The notes under the pieces are model-generated. The model worked only from the letters and a program-made list of their open reading frames with translations. It did no database searches and was not told the origin of the DNA. Below are positions 61,790 to 64,000 of a DNA stretch of 64,000 nt, piece after piece. Source of the DNA: Cladosporium halotolerans (Eukaryota); the NCBI RefSeq assembly GCF_011745625.1, contig NW_027191453.1:248001-312000 (forward strand), in the 5' to 3' direction. Position numbers and translations under genes: made by a program. Within the stretch, counting starts at the first letter, position 1; each line of letters opens with the position of its first letter.

Positions 61790-62652
61790 GAAGGCGCGGA
61801 TACGGCAAGCGTTGAGGAAGGTCGCAGAGGGACACCGGGAAAGTCGCCGTGGTATACCACGTGCTGGCGCTGGCTTTCTTGAGGTCTATGTGAGAGGGGG
61901 CTGGGCTGGGTAGGAGTCCTCTGCGGCCTGCTTGTTGTATCCTTGGCTGTTCCAACGTTTTGAGTGTTGAAAGATGAGAGCGATCAGCGCGTCGAAAGAG
62001 ATCGCGGAGATACGGATGCGTAAAGGAAGAGTGGAGTTCAAGTTCATTGAGTTTCTGTTGCATCAAAGGCGTCCTGTTTTGGCATGTAAGGAACGCTGCC
62101 GTGGCTGTGTTGTTTGTCTTTTGTACCGCAAGTCTGATCGCTGTAATAAAAAAATACTCATCACCAAAACAGCCTATAGCAGAGCTTCATTCGACACGTT
62201 CCTCGACTTAAAGTATCCGGAGTGCTGACATCCACAGCACATCACATACTCGTCTCCGGCAGACGATCGACTGCCGCATTGCCAAGCTCGCGATGTCATC
62301 TCTCATTGGCATCACATCCCCGCACCCGCTCCGCCAAAGCCTATCCCCGGCACTTCAGCCTCCACTTCATCCTCCAAAGCATCGATCACCGCGATCGTCG
62401 TGCGGACCTTGCAGGCCGTAGCCGCGACTCTGCCAATGCGGATGCCATCTGACGCCATCATGGACGTGTCCCCGAGGCAAAGCGTGCCGTACTGCGATGC
62501 TAGGCTCACCCAGGAAATGAGCTGGCCAAGACAGAGTTGCTGACGTAGAGGTAGGTCAGCGGAATAAAGGTCGCTTGTTTCCTTCCCTGATCGTCTTTCC
62601 TGTGCTGCCCACAGGTCCGTTGAACCATTGAAGCTCAAATATTGCTATCAAT

Positions 62653-64000
62653 ATGCTGGGAAGCTCACTTTTCGCGCTGGGAAGCGCCATCTTTGCTCTT
62701 AGCAACGCTCAGACAGGCGCTGGCACTTCCAACCAAGGCCAGCAATTGCTCACAGATCCTGGAGTTTACGGGCCTGAGCTTGAAGTCGTGCACCTGTACT
62801 TTGACCAATTCCCTACTGGCATCGCAGTGTCAAGAGAAGGACGCAGATTCTCCAACTACCCAGGTGGATTGGACCCGAACAACACATATCGCGGCGATGT
62901 GCCCAAATATACCATTGCAGAGCTGCTGCCAAACAACACTGAGCGCGCATTTCCCAGCGCTGAGATGAACCAGCCGCCGGGTGGTGCTATCAATTACACC
63001 ACTTATCCCCCAACCGGAGCCAACTATCCCGACTACCTGATCGGCTCCCAATCCATCGTGATTGATTCCCTCGATCGGGCCTGGATCCTGGACACCGGCC
63101 GAGTCGCTACGCCCAACGGCACTCTCGTCGCTTCCTCCTACGGCGGACCCAAATTAATCGGCGTGAACCTCCAAAACAACACCGTCTTCAAAACGATCCT
63201 CTTCCCCCCAACCGTCGCCTACTCAGACTCCTACCTTAACGACGTCCGCTTCGACCTGCGCGCCAACCTCTCCGGCACCACGGGCCAGGGCATCGCGTAC
63301 ATCACCGACTCCTCCACCGAAGGCCGCAACGGCCTCGTCATGGCCGACCTCGGCTCTGGCGAGTCCTGGCGCCACCTCGACGGCAACTCCGACGTCCACC
63401 CCGAGAAGCAGCACGTCCAGTACCTCTATGGCGAAGCAATCTACGCCGCGCAGCCTGGCAAGCCCTTTACGTACCTCAACTTCGGCTCCGACGGCATTGC
63501 TCTATCCGCGGACGGAGAGCGTATTTACTGGAAGTCTGTCGCGAACAGGTACTTGTACTCTATCCCCACGGCGCGCTTGCGCGACAGGAGCACCAACAGC
63601 GAGGTCTTGGCTCAGGGCTCTATCAACAACCACGGCCAGTCGGGCATTTCTGACGGCATGGAGACGGACACCAACGGCTTCATTTACCACGGCAACATGG
63701 AGCAGAACTCCGTCGCGATTTTCAACCCGGCCAACGGGACTGTGCACACTTTTGTGCGGGACCCGAGGCTGAACTGGATCGATACTGTAAGTTGACCTCT
63801 TTTTTTTGAGACGGGACCAGCAGGCTCCGCAACGAAGTACGAGACTGACCTCATGATCACAGTTTGCCGTCGCCGAAGATGGCTACATCTACTTCACTGT
63901 CAACCAGCTGGTTTTCAGCGCTCTCAGCTATCCAGGAACTGACCGCCGTGTTAAGCCTTGGGCTCTGATGCGTGCTCCTTTGCCGAACAACGCCACGAAG
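62653..64000 (+). CDS. Secreted major royal jelly protein / yellow-like beta-propeller, truncated by the window end; intron 63787-63862
   Basis: Signal peptide, then PTGIAVS..GRRFSNYP, QSIVIDSLDRAWILDTG, YLNDVRFDL, AYITDSS, GSDGIALS, SDGMETD and RDPRLNWIDT. Confidence 0.92.

Overview
Gene-dense, GC-rich DNA from a filamentous ascomycete. Short GT-AG introns with CTRAC branch points and the gene content point to Pezizomycotina, probably a Dothideomycete; the taxon is my inference. I can support about 24 protein-coding genes and one intron-containing tRNA-Ala(AGC). The genes are CRD1, INO80, BRX1, RPL33/eL33, G6PD, a sucrose-type MFS transporter, a BAR protein, RPL2/uL2, a WHIM1 protein, a secreted S41 peptidase, a NAPE-PLD-like hydrolase, a small secreted protein, a MATH-pseudoUSP-MORN-RING protein, DYS1, SNT1, a dual-specificity phosphatase, a SAM methyltransferase, OST3/6, a coiled-coil protein, an RWD/DUF1115 protein, an uncharacterised protein, the Fus3/Kss1-type MAPK, a possible small ORF behind it and a truncated MRJP/yellow gene. 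I found no intact transposon, CRISPR array or secondary-metabolite cluster, and no convincing multi-gene novel system. The best leads are: a spliced Kex2-prodomain effector candidate that the ORF track splits in two; a catalytically dead USP fused to MORN repeats and a RING finger; a Yvh1-like phosphatase lacking its zinc domain and ending in PTS1 (AKL); a long structured CRD1 intron; two 9-mers shared by both ribosomal-protein promoters; unusual leader and trailer features around the MAPK; and a perfect 63-bp tandem duplication over a stop codon. Exon boundaries were read by eye and family assignments come from recalled motifs, not database searches.
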